A stretch of 64,000 nucleotides of DNA from Squalus acanthias (Eukaryota): the NCBI GenBank assembly GCA_030390025.1, contig JASTWF010000033.1, positions 2,544,001 to 2,608,000 of the forward strand, written 5' to 3'. Below are positions 38,391-50,350 of this stretch, one piece after another. The translations under genes and the position numbers were made by a program. The notes under the pieces are model-generated. The model had not been told where the DNA came from. It was given only the letters and a program-made list of their open reading frames with translations, and ran no database searches. The stretch's first letter is position 1. Each line of letters begins with the position of its first letter.

Positions 38391-39785
38391 GGGGCTCCAC
38401 CGAAGTTAAGAATCTCCGAGTGTACCGGGTAAACCAGCCAGAACTATTGCTGGCTTACCCTTATCTGTTGTTACAGGGAGGGAGCTGTCGGCTCAGCTTG
38501 TTCTACAAATAATGAAGTAGTTTCTCCAGAACTCCAAGGTGTAGAAATAAATCGGCCAGCATCAATAATCAATCATATAATTTAAATCTTCTGTGGGAAG
38601 GGCCGAGGCTCCATCCCCGTCCTGAGGTATATTAATTTATTCACTCTGTTCTGTATTGAACTGTAATATCATTTTAGCTGTTCAATTCCTGATTTGATGC
38701 TGATAAATAAATTGACATACAAGTGGAAAAAGTATGTCTGTTTCATGCAGCCACAGACACAGTTTATTTCTCAGTCACTTTCCCCTTTGATCGATTAGTG
38801 GCCAATTATTGCCAGAAGCTCAAAACTAAATATTGCACTGAGAAAAAACAGCGGCAGCAAACAAGTGGATAAGGCCAGTGACTCAGGGAGTGTGTTCGGG
38901 ATTGCGCTGCCTGAAAGGGCGGTGGAAGCAGATACAATAGTAACTTTCAAAAGGGAATTGGATAAATTATTGAATAGGAAAAATTTGCAAGGCTGATATC
39001 TGAGACATACATACACAAAGAGAGCACACACACATGTCTGTGTGTGTGTTTGAATCTTTGCCTCAAGTACTGCATAACTACTTCCTCTACCAGGTCCTTG
39101 ATAGTAAATTGATCAGTATTCAATTTCCCGACGGCTTCTCTCTGTCTGTGTGTCTCTCTGTTTCTTTCTGTCTCTGAGAAAAGCTAGGGCCCGGATTCGA
39201 TGCTCGGTAAGGAAACATTACGTTTTGTGAATGTTTGAACTGCCACCAATCAAAGCACCCTGATGAAGCTTTCAACTTGCTGCACCGCTGCTACTGCCGC
39301 AACAGTCATCAGCGCATCATTCGATACAGCAACCCAAAATACACTTCCTTGCGCTCCATTCCCGGCCTGTGGTCTCTTCTCTCCTCACTCAGTGGGCTAC
39401 TGAGCAATACATGAAGGGCTCAGGCCTAATGAATATCTTCATGCTCAGGTTAAGTTATCACTGCCCAGGCACTCTCTGATTCCAGTCCTGCACACGTTGC
39501 TAAGTTTCGAATGCTGCATTTTTCACACTGGCAACGAATTGATTGATAGCCATGCCTGTGATAAGCTAAGTTTGTTAGGGAGATGCAGTGGGCAAGAAGA
39601 CACACGGAAGACTGATAATAACCGTGACTGTCCTGACACTGTGAGCTGCAGTTAAATGTTGGCAACATTTCAAGTGTCAATCAGCAAGTCTGTGTCCAAC
39701 ACGGTGAGGTCTCCCCGGCTGTGTCAGCTTTGTATCTTTATCCACAACCCAGCTTTACATTAACACAACCTGAGCTCCGAGATCT

Positions 39786-42700
39786 AATCAGAATAGAGAG
39801 AACAGGATAGTGAGATTGAATACGTGGCTTGAGCAGTGGTGCAGGAGGGAGGGATTCAAATTCCTGAGGCATTGGAACCAGTTCTGGGGGAAGTGGGACC
39901 TGTACAAAAGGGACGGTCTGCACTTGGGCAGGACTGGAACCGATGTCCTCGGGGTAATATTTGCTAAAGCAGTTCGGGAGGATTTAAACTAATATGGCAG
40001 GGGAATGGGAACCTATGTAGCGAAACAGGGGGAAGTAATATGCAGTCAGAAACAAATGTTAGAAGGGTGAGAAACAATAGGGGAAGGCCGAGTAAACAAA
40101 GGCAAGAAACACAAAGGGCCATACTAAATCATAAGTCTAAAAGGACAAAGGATGTTAATAAAACAAGCCTAAAGGCTCTGTGTCTTAATGCAAGGAGTAT
40201 CCGTAATAAGGTGGATGAATTGACTGTGCAAATAGATGTTAACGGATACGATGTGATTGGGATTACAGAGACATGGCTCCAGAACAATCAAGGCTGGGAA
40301 CTGAACATCCAGGGGTATTCAACATTCAGAAAGGATAGAGTAAAAGGAAAAGGGGGAAGGGTAGCATTGCTGGTTAAAGAGGAGATTAATGCAATAGCTA
40401 GGAAGGACATCAGCTTGGAGGATGTGGAATCAATATGGGTTGAGCTGCAGAACACCAAAGGGCAGAAAACGTTAGTGGGAGTTGTGTACAGACCTCCAAA
40501 CAGCAGTAGTGAGGTGGGGGAGGGTATGAAACAGGAAATCAGAGGTGCGTGCAAAAAAGGCACGGCAGTTAACATGGGTGACTTTAATATGCATATAGAT
40601 TGGGCTACTCAAACTGGAAGCAATACGGTGGAGGAGGATTTCCTGGAGTGTTTAAGGGATGGTTTCCTAAACCAATATGTTGAGGAACCAACTCGAGGGG
40701 AGGCCATCCTGGACTGGGTGTTGTGTAATGAGGAAGGACTAATCAGCAATCTTGTGGTACGAGGCCCCCTGGGGAAGAGTGACCATAGTATGGTGGAGTT
40801 CTACATTAGGATGGAGAAGGCAACAGTTAAGTCAGAGACCATGGTCCAGAACTTAAATAAGGGCAACTTTGAGGGTATGAGGCGTGAGTTGGCGAGGTTA
40901 AATTGGCAAGCGATATTTAAGGGGCTATCAGTGGAAGGGCAATGGCAGACATTTAGAGATCGCATGGATGAACTACAACAATTGTACATCCCGGTCTGGC
41001 GTAAAAATAAAAAAGGGAAGGTGGCTCAACCATGGCTAACAAGGGAAATCAGGGATAGTATTAAAACCAAGGAAGTTGCATACAAATTTGCCAGAAGTAG
41101 CAGCAAACCCGGGGTCTGGGAGAACTTCAAAACTCAGCAGAGGAGGACGAAGGGTTTGATTAGGGCAGGGAAAATAAAATATGAAAGGAAGCTTGCAGAG
41201 AACATTAAAATGGACTGCAAAAGCTTCTATAAATATGTAAAAAGAAAGAGGTTAGTAAAAACAAATGTAGGTCCCCTGCAGTCGGAAACAGGGGAAGTCG
41301 TAATGGGGAACAAGGAAATGGCAGATCAATTGAACAAGTACTTTGGTTCGGTGTTTACTGTGGAGGACACACACAACCTGCCGGAAATAAAAGGGGTCAG
41401 AGGATCTGGTAAGAGGGAGGAGCTGAAGGAAATCCTTATTAGTCGGGAAAAGGTATTGGGGAAATTGATGGGACTGAAGGCTGAAAAATCCCCAGGGCCT
41501 GATGGTCTGCATCCCAGAGTACTAAAGGAGGTGGCCTTGGAAATAGTGGATGCATTGATGATCATTTTCCAACATTCCTTAGACTCTGGATCAGTTCCGA
41601 TGGAGTGGAGGGGGGCCAATGTAACCCCTCTTTTTAAAAAAGGAGGGAGGGAGAAAGCAGGGAATTATAGACCGGTCAGCCTGACATCGGTCGTGGGTAA
41701 AATGATGGAATCAATTATTAAAGATGTCATAACAGACCATTTGGAAAGTGGCGACATGATAGGTACAAGTCAGCAAGGATTTGTGAAAGGGAAATCATGC
41801 TTGACAAATCTTCTGGAATTTTTTGAGGATGTTTCCAATAGGGTGGACAGGGGGGAACCAGTAGATGTGGTGTATTTGGACTTTCAGAAGGCCTTCGACA
41901 AGGTCCCACACAAGAGATTGGTGAGCAAAGTTAAAGCACATGGGATTGGGGGTAATGTGTTGACGTGGATTGAGAACTGGTTGGCACACAGGAAACAAAG
42001 AGTAGGAGTAAATGGGTACTTTTCAGAATGGCAGGCAGTGACCAGCGGGGTACGGCAGGGTTCGGTGCTGGGACCCCAGCTGTTTACATTATATATTAAT
42101 GATTTGGACGAAGGGATTAATTGTAATATCTCCAAATTTGCGGATGACACTAAATTGGGAGGCAGTGTGAACAATGAAGAGGATGCTAGGAGGCTACAGA
42201 GTGACTTGGACAGGTTGGGTGAATGGGCAGATGAAGTACAATGTGGATAAATGTGAGGTTATCCACTTTGGTGGTAAAATAGAGAGGCGTACTTTTACCT
42301 GAATGGTGGCAGATTAGGGAAAGGGGAGGTGCAACGAGACCTGGGCGTCATGGTACATCAGTCACTGAAGGTGGGAATGCAAGTGCAGCAGGCAGTCAAG
42401 AAAGCAAACGGAATGATGGCCTTCATAGTAAGGGGATTTGAGTACAGGAGTAGGGAGGTGATGCTACAGTTGTACAGGCCCTTGGTGAGGCCACACCTGG
42501 AGTATTGTGCGCAGTTTTGTTCTCCTAACTTAAGGAAGGACATTCTTGCTGTTGAGGGAGTGCAGCGAAGGTTCACTAGATTGATTCCTGGGATGGCCGG
42601 ACTGACATATCAAGAAAGATTGGGTCAACTGAACTTGTATCCTCTGGAGTTCAGAAGAATGAGGGGGGATCTTATAGAGACATTTAAAATCCTGACTGGT

Positions 42701-43067
42701 TTAGACAAATTAGATGCGGGCAGAATGTTCCCAATGTTAGGGAAAACTAGAACCAGGGGTCGCAGTCTAAGGATAAAGGGGAAGCCATTTAAGACTGAGC
42801 TGAGGAGGAACTTCTTCACCCAGAGAGTGGTGAATCTATGGAATTCTCTTCCACAGAAGGTTGTTGAGGCCAGTTCGCTAAATATATTCAAGAGGGAGTT
42901 AGATATAACACTCACAACTAGGGGGATCAAGGGGTATGGCGAGAAAGCAAGAATGGGGTACTGAGGTAGCATGTTCAGCCATGAACGCATTGAATGGCGG
43001 TGCAGGCTCGAAGGACTGAATGCTCTACTCCTGTACCTATTTTCTATGTTTCTATGTTCTATGTTTC
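39786..43067 (+). mobile_element. CR1 LINE (ORF1 esterase C-terminus plus near-complete ORF2) inserted in the array spacer
   Basis: DGLHL; ORF2 40040-42964 with an 11-bp deletion near 42229 and a 1-bp deletion near 42278; (ttctatgt)n-like tail; the spacer sequence resumes on both sides. Confidence 0.95.
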
Positions 43068-43170
43068 TGTGGGTCACATTGCCCGAAGTGAGGAATGAGC
43101 CGCAGGAGCAATGCCACCCGGGGTTAGAAAATCCTCCAAAAGAATGACACAAGATGGAATTTGCTGTGAG

Positions 43171-43176
43171 ACCGAA

Positions 43177-43207
<31 letters not shown>

Positions 43208-43243
43208 CTCTAAAGGTTCCTGGTTCGATCCCGGGTTTCGGCA
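43171..43243 (+). pseudogene. tRNA-Phe(GAA) variant/pseudogene
   Basis: Canonical Phe body; A1:C72 and anticodon-stem mismatches. Confidence 0.8.
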
Positions 43244-43513
43244 GGTTTTAGTTACTTTGTGTCTCCTTCACTATAAGAGGAACGATTCAGGAAAGATTTT
43301 CCACTTCTGAGCTCGCCCATTCACCCAACCTGTCCAAGTCACTCTGTAGCCTCCTTGCATCCTCCTCATTGTTCACACTGCCTCCCAATTCAGTGACACT
43401 CTGCCTAGTTGAAAATACGAACAGTTGGCAATGTTTAAGCGATGTGGGGTTTTCAATGTTTGTGCAAGACAATCCCCCAGCTTGGGTTTGAACCTATCCA
43501 TTGTGCGCTTTGT

Positions 43514-43587
43514 GGCCGGTTTGCTCAGTTGGCGAGAGCGTGGTGTTAATAACGACAAGGTCACGGGTTCGATCCCCGTACGAGCCA
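43514..43587 (+). pseudogene. tRNA-Ile(AAT) pseudogene
   Basis: Several stem mismatches. Confidence 0.8.
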
Positions 43588-43790
43588 TCAGAAAGTTTTC
43601 ATAATTTTACGCTTTTCTCGCACATTTCAAACAGAAACTTTATAATGAAACCAATCCACGCAGACTCTCACGGGGGAATTATTTGGAATAACATCCATTG
43701 CACCTTTGCCACCGAGGCGGAGAGACGTTTATTTGTGTTTCTGGGTTTGCTGATGAACGTTGAACTGCCGGCCTGTTCCCGTTAATGGTC

Positions 43791-45448
43791 TGTAGAATTC
43801 GCAATATAATCGCGATTTTATAAATAAGAAGGAGACACATAGTTTCGTTCAAACAGCTTTATTTCAGCAGAATGCTGTCAGGTTTTCAAAGTTAACACAA
43901 GCAGCCTGTAAAATGGCCGCCAAATCTCGTGGCAGTACATTCTAGACTTTTCGATAAGCAGACAAGATGGCGTTCCAATAAACATTTGTGCGAGATCGAT
44001 CAAGACTCAGCACATTTGAGATAATACACAAGACATAATGGGTTTGCATTTTACACATAAATACTGGAATCGGTCTCCCAGGTGCGAATAAGGGCTATTG
44101 TACCAAGCGATCAAGAACCCATCCAAAGACATTAATATGCAAAATCCCCACGACTCTACGATGAGAGAGCCGTTTGCGGGTAGTTACAGAAACATTTGGA
44201 AGCCCCAAAACCCCTCCAGGGAGAATACTGACCGGTTACACAATGGGAGAAGTATTAACGGGTACTCAGACAGTTACAAGTATCACCGAAACCCATTAAA
44301 CGGAGATCACCCTATACAAGAAGTTTGAGCGCCAAAACTCTGACAAAAGAAAATACATTAAGATTGGGCGGGAAAAGAGGAATCTCAGCACAATAACTGT
44401 AAGCTACAACCGTCCATCTCTCTCTTATTCTCCTGCCTCTTGCCGCTTGTATCGTGCCTCTGCCTCTTGCAGCTTTTAAAGACTATCGAACTTTCTGATC
44501 CGCCAGGATCAGCCTCGTGGCTTGCCGTGAAGATCTGTGTGGAACCGGGCTGTGAAGCCTTGAAACGGGCACACCATCCCGAGAAGTTGGTAAACGGTGT
44601 TGGAACCGAAGGCCCGAGATGAGATGAGATGAGATGAGATGAGAAGAGAAGAAGACGACCATACGTATCGCCACGGTCAGTAAGCCCCGACCGCGCCTGT
44701 AGGTCGAATAGACACTTTCCTTGCCCAGGAAGACTATCTTTTGAGTTTTACAGAACTGGCATCGGAAGACCATTCTTCGAGTTTTATCGCATCGGGGCGA
44801 GGGCACAGGAAGACTATTCTTTGAGTCGTATCGGAACTCCGAGGACAACACAGATCTTCATGACAGCAGACGGTCCAGCCTGCTAGCCGGAGCAGAAACG
44901 AGTAAACAAGTGGGGTACAGAGACCCCTGATCAACACGTGGGTGGTCAGGTGCTGCGGTAAAAACATCCGAGCAGAGTTTTCGGAATTCTCCGAGTTATC
45001 ACGAGTGATGAGCATGAGTCTCGATCCTACAAATCTAGTTTAGAACAGGTATTGATAGGGGAGGGTTTAAGTTTTAAGGTTAATTGTAATGTGTGCCCCC
45101 TTTTACGATGTGTCGTTCGCTCCTCGTTTCCCTAAAATTAGTTACATAACTGCGTGTAAGATTGTAGTGTCATTAATCTGTGCTTATGACATGTATTTCG
45201 TAATCTTGAATAATATGCAATAAAGATTTTCCATTTCGCACCATTCAACCGGGTCTACCTGAGTTTTCTCTCCATTATTGCTCTCGCATCTAAGTCCAGT
45301 GTCAGAACCGTAAGGGCGAGTGGGTCGAACCACTCACAGGTGTCTGGTGCTCCCAGGCTGGCTGGAGACCAGAACAGGCAACAAGGCCTAACCTCGCACT
45401 AGCACCCAGGCTGAGCACAGAGCCACAGGCGTGTCCAAAACCCTTACA
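43791..45448. mobile_element. 1.66-kb solo LTR-like insertion
   Basis: TGTA...TACA termini; interrupts spacer tggtc|acaag; AATAAA at 45219; no long ORF. Confidence 0.7.
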
Positions 45449-45524
45449 GACACAAGCGGGTAAGAGACAGACAGAGCGGCTCTGACCCCGCGAGATGGGC
45501 AAAAGGCTCAGGAGTAATTGCATC

Positions 45525-48500
45525 TGTCATAAATCGCAAGTAACAACTCAGGAAGTACTACTGGGTGGCCAGCTGGGGCGCCGTCCAGGGAGTATAAATA
45601 CTCAGGCATGGGCCCACCTTGGGCAGAGACAATCTGGAAACAGGAAGCTAGTGACTGCTAACTAGACCTCCATGTTTTGTTACAAGTTGATTAAAGCCTT
45701 GCTTTATGTTCAAGTGCGTAGTGAGTCTTTATTACGTCAAATTAATCAACTTGATATCGTCTCCACGCTTTGGGTGATTCGGAACAACCAGCTGCAACTC
45801 GAACCACAGAAGGGAACTTGGGCAAGAAACTGATCCATCATGGAAAAACTCCTTAGACCCGCTCGTCTCGACCTGGACCCGAATGCACCTGCGGCAGCAA
45901 AGGTATGGAAGCATTGGTTTCGTACCTTTAGCAACTTTCTTGAAGAATGTGGGGCGGATGTCCCTAATAAGTTACGAATGCTTATCAACTACGTGTCTCC
46001 TCATGTGTATGATTATATTGAGGACTGTATAGACTATGACACTGCTATCGAAATCTTACAGCAGCTATATGTCAAGTCCCCAAATGAAATCTTTGCTCGA
46101 CACCTACTGGCCACAACTCGGCAGCAGCCTGGGGAATCACTCGATGAATTTCTCCAGAAACTTCGCAGGCTCAGCAAGGATTGTCACCTTAAAGCAGTTT
46201 CAGCTGAACAGTATCAAGAGGAACTAATCCGCGATTCCTTTATCAATGGAATCGCGTCCCCTTTTATACGTCAGCGCCTGCTGGAAAATAAAACCCTCAA
46301 TTTACGGGCTGCTTATGACCAGGCGTGTTCCTTGGACTTGGCCAAGAAAAATGCAGACACTTATCTCCCACCACGTGCACGGGCGGCGGCTATCTCCTTT
46401 AATGAGTCTTTCGGTAGGTCTCGGGCGGATGCCCCCACTGATGTCGACTCTACTCTAAGAGACGACGACCCTACCCTAGAGGCCTTCGCTGATGACGACC
46501 CCGCCCTAGCAGCATCCTGGCAATCAGGAAGAAAGTGTTTCTTTTGTGGAGGGGCGTGCCATCACAGAAAATTTTGCCCGGCTCGTAATGTGACCTGCAA
46601 TCATTGCAGCAAGAAAGGACACTTTTCCAAGGTATGCCAGTCACGGGCCTTTGCTAACAAGAAAGGCCGCTCCTCTAAAGTATACCGGTCGAGAGCTCCT
46701 GTTAGCTTCACAGCTGCTATCTGTGGAGCTGCTCCTCCCCCAAGAACTACTGTTAAGGCTACAGTTGCCGAAGGGAAAATTGCCCCTCCTCCCATCACGG
46801 CTGTTTTTCCCCAAAGTTTGTCCCATGCAGCCACGAAGGTTTCAGTAAATGGGCACACTCTAAGCGCGCTAATCGACTCCTGCAGCTCTGACAGCTTCAT
46901 TAGTAAGCAGGCTGTCAACAGGTTAAAACTGCACATTTATCCCTCGGACAGGGAGATTGCAATGGCTCTGACGACTCTGACCACCAATTCTTCTGGCTTC
47001 TGTCTGGTCAACCTCATCCTCAACGGCCGCACGTATCTCTCCACCCGGCTCGGAGTACTCGCAAACTTATGCAGCGATGTGCTTCTGGGACAGGACTTCC
47101 AGAAGCAGCACAAGAAGATCACTTTTGAGTTTGGAGGGTCAAGGCCGGAGCTTACCATTTCTAAGGTGCCGTTTTGTGCACTCTCGGCGGCCTTACTCGG
47201 TGAACCCTCCCTGTTTGCCAATCTTCCCCCCCGCTGTAAACCCATAGCCACCAAATCGCGGCGCTTTAGCCAAGACGATCGAGCGTTTATTGAGGCGGAA
47301 ATCTCTCGCCTTTTAGTCGACGGTATTATCGAGCCATGTTCATCTCCCTGGCGGGCTCAGGTCGTCATCGTGAGGAATCCCTTAAAACAAAATAAAAAAC
47401 GTCTGTGTATCGATTATTCGCAGACTATTAATCTATATACCGATCTGGATGCCTACCCGCTGCCACGCATAGATGACATGGTCAACAACCTTGCCAAATA
47501 CAAGGTATTCTCGACCTTCGATTTAAAAAGCGCGTACCATCAGGTGCCACTGCAAGACTCCGACAAGAAGTATACGGCCTTTGAGGCCAATGGTCGGCTT
47601 TTCCAGTTTCGCCGCCTTCCATTCGGGGTCACCAATGGGGTGGCCGTCTTCCAACGGGCCATGGATGGCCTAGTCCAGCAAGAGAACTTGACGGATACCT
47701 TTCCGTATTTAGACAATATCACTATTGCCGGCCATGATCAAAAGGAGCATGACGCCAATATTCAGAGATTTTTTTACGTACTCCGCCGTCGCCACTTAAC
47801 GTTAAACGAAACCAAATCGGTGAAGTCGGTGCCATCGGTGAACATTCTTGGCTACTGGGTGGGCAACGGTGTTATTAAACCGGACCCAGAGCGACTTCGT
47901 CCACTTCAGGAGCTCCCTCCCCCGACGAACCTCGGCTTTCTTCGTCGGGCACTTGGCATGTTTGCTTATTACGCAAAATGGATACCACACTTCTCCGATA
48001 AAATACAGCCCCTGCTCCATGCGAAGTCTTTTCCATTGGAAGCTACGGCTACTTCTGCCTTCAACCTCCTCAAACGACAGCTGGAGAAAGCCACGCTTCG
48101 CTCCATTGACGAAAATCTTCCTTTTGTGGTCGAATGCGATGCATCGGAGGTGGCGATCTCCGCTACCTTGAATCAAGGTGGCCGACCCGTGGCATTCCTA
48201 TCCAGAACCTTGCAGGGTAGCGAGCTCCATTACCACCCCGTCGAGAAGGAGGCTACGGCCATCATCGAGGCTGTACGCCAATGGGGTAATTTTCTTGCTC
48301 GGCGTCATTTTACGCTTATAACTGACCAGCGCTCTGTGGCCTTCATGTTGGATAACCGGAGGCGCACGAAAATCAAAAATAATAAAATTCAACTCTGGAG
48401 GATGGAGCTGGCTGCCTTTGGATATACTATCTGTTACCGACCCGGCAAACAGAACGTGGACCCAGATACCTTCACACGGGCATTTTGCTCCTCAATGTCA

Positions 48501-50034
48501 ATGTCGACTCTGTCGGATTTGCATATGGACTTATGCCATCCTGGTGTGACCCGCATGTTGCACTTTGTGCACTCCAAAAATCTACCATTTTCAACCGAGG
48601 ACGTAAAGAAAACATGCTCCTCCTGTAGGATTTGTGCAGAATTGAAACCACAATTCTTTCGCCCATCAGATGGCTTACTCATACATGCAATGCAGCCTAT
48701 GCAGAGGCTCAGCATAGACTTTAAAGGGCCATTGCCTTCGTCGACAAGGAACACCTACCTACTTACGATGGTGGACGAGTATTCACGCTTTCCCTTCGCC
48801 TTCCCCTGCCCTAATATGCTTACCTCTACGGTAATTAAATGCCTCGATCAGGTCTTTTCCCTTTGCGGGACGGCCAATTTTATCCACACTGATCGGGGTC
48901 CCTCCTTTATGTCGAGTGAACTTAAAAGTTATCTCTCCCAACGGGGAATCGCCTCAAGTAGGACGACACCATATCACCCAATCGGTAACGGACAGGTTGA
49001 ACGATACAATGCCATCATCTGGAACGCTGTCCGTCTGGCACTAAGGTCACGCAACCTGCCGGACCAGCAGTTGGAAACGGTGCTCCCCGACGCGTTACAC
49101 TCTATCAGGTCTCTTCTCTCCACATCTACTAATGTCACGCCTCATGAGCGATTCTTCAAATTCCGGCGTCGCTCTACACATGGGACGTCTCTACCGTCAT
49201 GGTTGGTGGCTCCAGGCCCAGTACTACTCCGGAGGTTCGTCCGGTCTGCCAAAAACGACCCTCTCGTTGACGAGGTGGAGTTAACGGAGGTAAACCCCAC
49301 GTATGCGCACGTACGGTACCCTGATGGCCGGGAGACCACCGTCTCGCTCCGAGATCTGGCTCCCTGCCCAACCGGTCACACGGGCCCGAATGATGAAGGA
49401 TCCACCGACAATGATATCAACACTCCGCACCCCTATGAAAATGACGCCCCGCCTGGGACATCGGGGGATCTGCCGGCAACGCTACCGGATCAACTCAGGG
49501 AGCTGGACGCTCCCCGTAGGATGGCCACCCGAAACCAGGACGCCGGACAATCTCCAGCCACGACCCGGGATGAGGCCAGATCAGCACCTGTGGGGACCCG
49601 CACACGGAGTCATGATATTCCCAGTCCTCCACAGGATGATCAAGATGACGCGGACTCTAGTGACTTACCGGTACGGGCCAAGCGACCCAGGGACCAGGAC
49701 ACGGTCTGGGGAGACGTGCCTTCCAGTCACAAGCAGAGAGCTAAACGTCTGTGGCTATTTCTGGTCCGCCTAGTCCGTTAAAGGAAGACTGGACTTCCAA
49801 ACCTTTTCGGGAGGAAGAATGTCATAAATCGCAAGTAACAACTCAAAAAGTACTACTGGGTGGCCAGCTGGGGCGCCGTCCAGGGAGTATAAATACTCAG
49901 GCATGGGCCCACCTTGGGCAGAGACAATCTGGAAACAGGAAGCTAGTGACTGCTAACTAGACCTCCATGTTTTGTTACAAGTTGATTAAAGCCTTGCTTT
50001 ATGTTCAAGTGCGTAGTGAGTCTTTATTACGTCA
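45525..50034 (+). mobile_element. Full-length Ty3/Gypsy LTR retrotransposon
   Basis: 215-bp TG..CA LTRs 45525-45739 and 49820-50034 (2 differences); 5-bp TSD gcatc; PPT gggaggaagaa 49809-49819. Confidence 0.97.
45840..49781 (+). CDS. Gypsy Gag-Pol polyprotein (1313 aa)
   Basis: Two CCHC-type knuckles, PR LIDSCSS, RT YLDN, RNase H CDAS, IN HHCC plus D,D,E; uninterrupted. Confidence 0.95.
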   Translation: MEKLLRPARLDLDPNAPAAAKVWKHWFRTFSNFLEECGADVPNKLRMLINYVSPHVYDYIEDCIDYDTAIEILQQLYVKSPNEIFARHLLATTRQQPGESLDEFLQKLRRLSKDCHLKAVSAEQYQEELIRDSFINGIASPFIRQRLLENKTLNLRAAYDQACSLDLAKKNADTYLPPRARAAAISFNESFGRSRADAPTDVDSTLRDDDPTLEAFADDDPALAASWQSGRKCFFCGGACHHRKFCPARNVTCNHCSKKGHFSKVCQSRAFANKKGRSSKVYRSRAPVSFTAAICGAAPPPRTTVKATVAEGKIAPPPITAVFPQSLSHAATKVSVNGHTLSALIDSCSSDSFISKQAVNRLKLHIYPSDREIAMALTTLTTNSSGFCLVNLILNGRTYLSTRLGVLANLCSDVLLGQDFQKQHKKITFEFGGSRPELTISKVPFCALSAALLGEPSLFANLPPRCKPIATKSRRFSQDDRAFIEAEISRLLVDGIIEPCSSPWRAQVVIVRNPLKQNKKRLCIDYSQTINLYTDLDAYPLPRIDDMVNNLAKYKVFSTFDLKSAYHQVPLQDSDKKYTAFEANGRLFQFRRLPFGVTNGVAVFQRAMDGLVQQENLTDTFPYLDNITIAGHDQKEHDANIQRFFYVLRRRHLTLNETKSVKSVPSVNILGYWVGNGVIKPDPERLRPLQELPPPTNLGFLRRALGMFAYYAKWIPHFSDKIQPLLHAKSFPLEATATSAFNLLKRQLEKATLRSIDENLPFVVECDASEVAISATLNQGGRPVAFLSRTLQGSELHYHPVEKEATAIIEAVRQWGNFLARRHFTLITDQRSVAFMLDNRRRTKIKNNKIQLWRMELAAFGYTICYRPGKQNVDPDTFTRAFCSSMSMSTLSDLHMDLCHPGVTRMLHFVHSKNLPFSTEDVKKTCSSCRICAELKPQFFRPSDGLLIHAMQPMQRLSIDFKGPLPSSTRNTYLLTMVDEYSRFPFAFPCPNMLTSTVIKCLDQVFSLCGTANFIHTDRGPSFMSSELKSYLSQRGIASSRTTPYHPIGNGQVERYNAIIWNAVRLALRSRNLPDQQLETVLPDALHSIRSLLSTSTNVTPHERFFKFRRRSTHGTSLPSWLVAPGPVLLRRFVRSAKNDPLVDEVELTEVNPTYAHVRYPDGRETTVSLRDLAPCPTGHTGPNDEGSTDNDINTPHPYENDAPPGTSGDLPATLPDQLRELDAPRRMATRNQDAGQSPATTRDEARSAPVGTRTRSHDIPSPPQDDQDDADSSDLPVRAKRPRDQDTVWGDVPSSHKQRAKRLWLFLVRLVR

Positions 50035-50278
50035 GCATCAATGAAATGTAGGCCCGGCCCCGAGAGAGGCAACATCCAGAGCACAGAAGGAAATCGATTT
50101 CAAGTGCATGCCTACCCGCACTTGCTGCCGTGGTTTCGCGAACACGTATTTTGTGTTCTCAACTAAAAAATGTCATTTTGTACGAACAGTTTGCCTGGCG
50201 CGAAAGTATCTGAATTTCAAAGGAGCACGCAGGAAAGACTGCCTTGCTGTGCTTTCTGGCAGGTAGCTTGATGTAGCT

Positions 50279-50350
50279 TCCCTGGTGATCTAGTGGTTAG
50301 GATTCGGCCTTTTCACCACCGCGGACCGGGTTCGATTCCCGCTCAGAGAA
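50279..50350 (+). pseudogene. tRNA-Glu(TTC) pseudogene
   Basis: Multiple stem mismatches. Confidence 0.8.
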
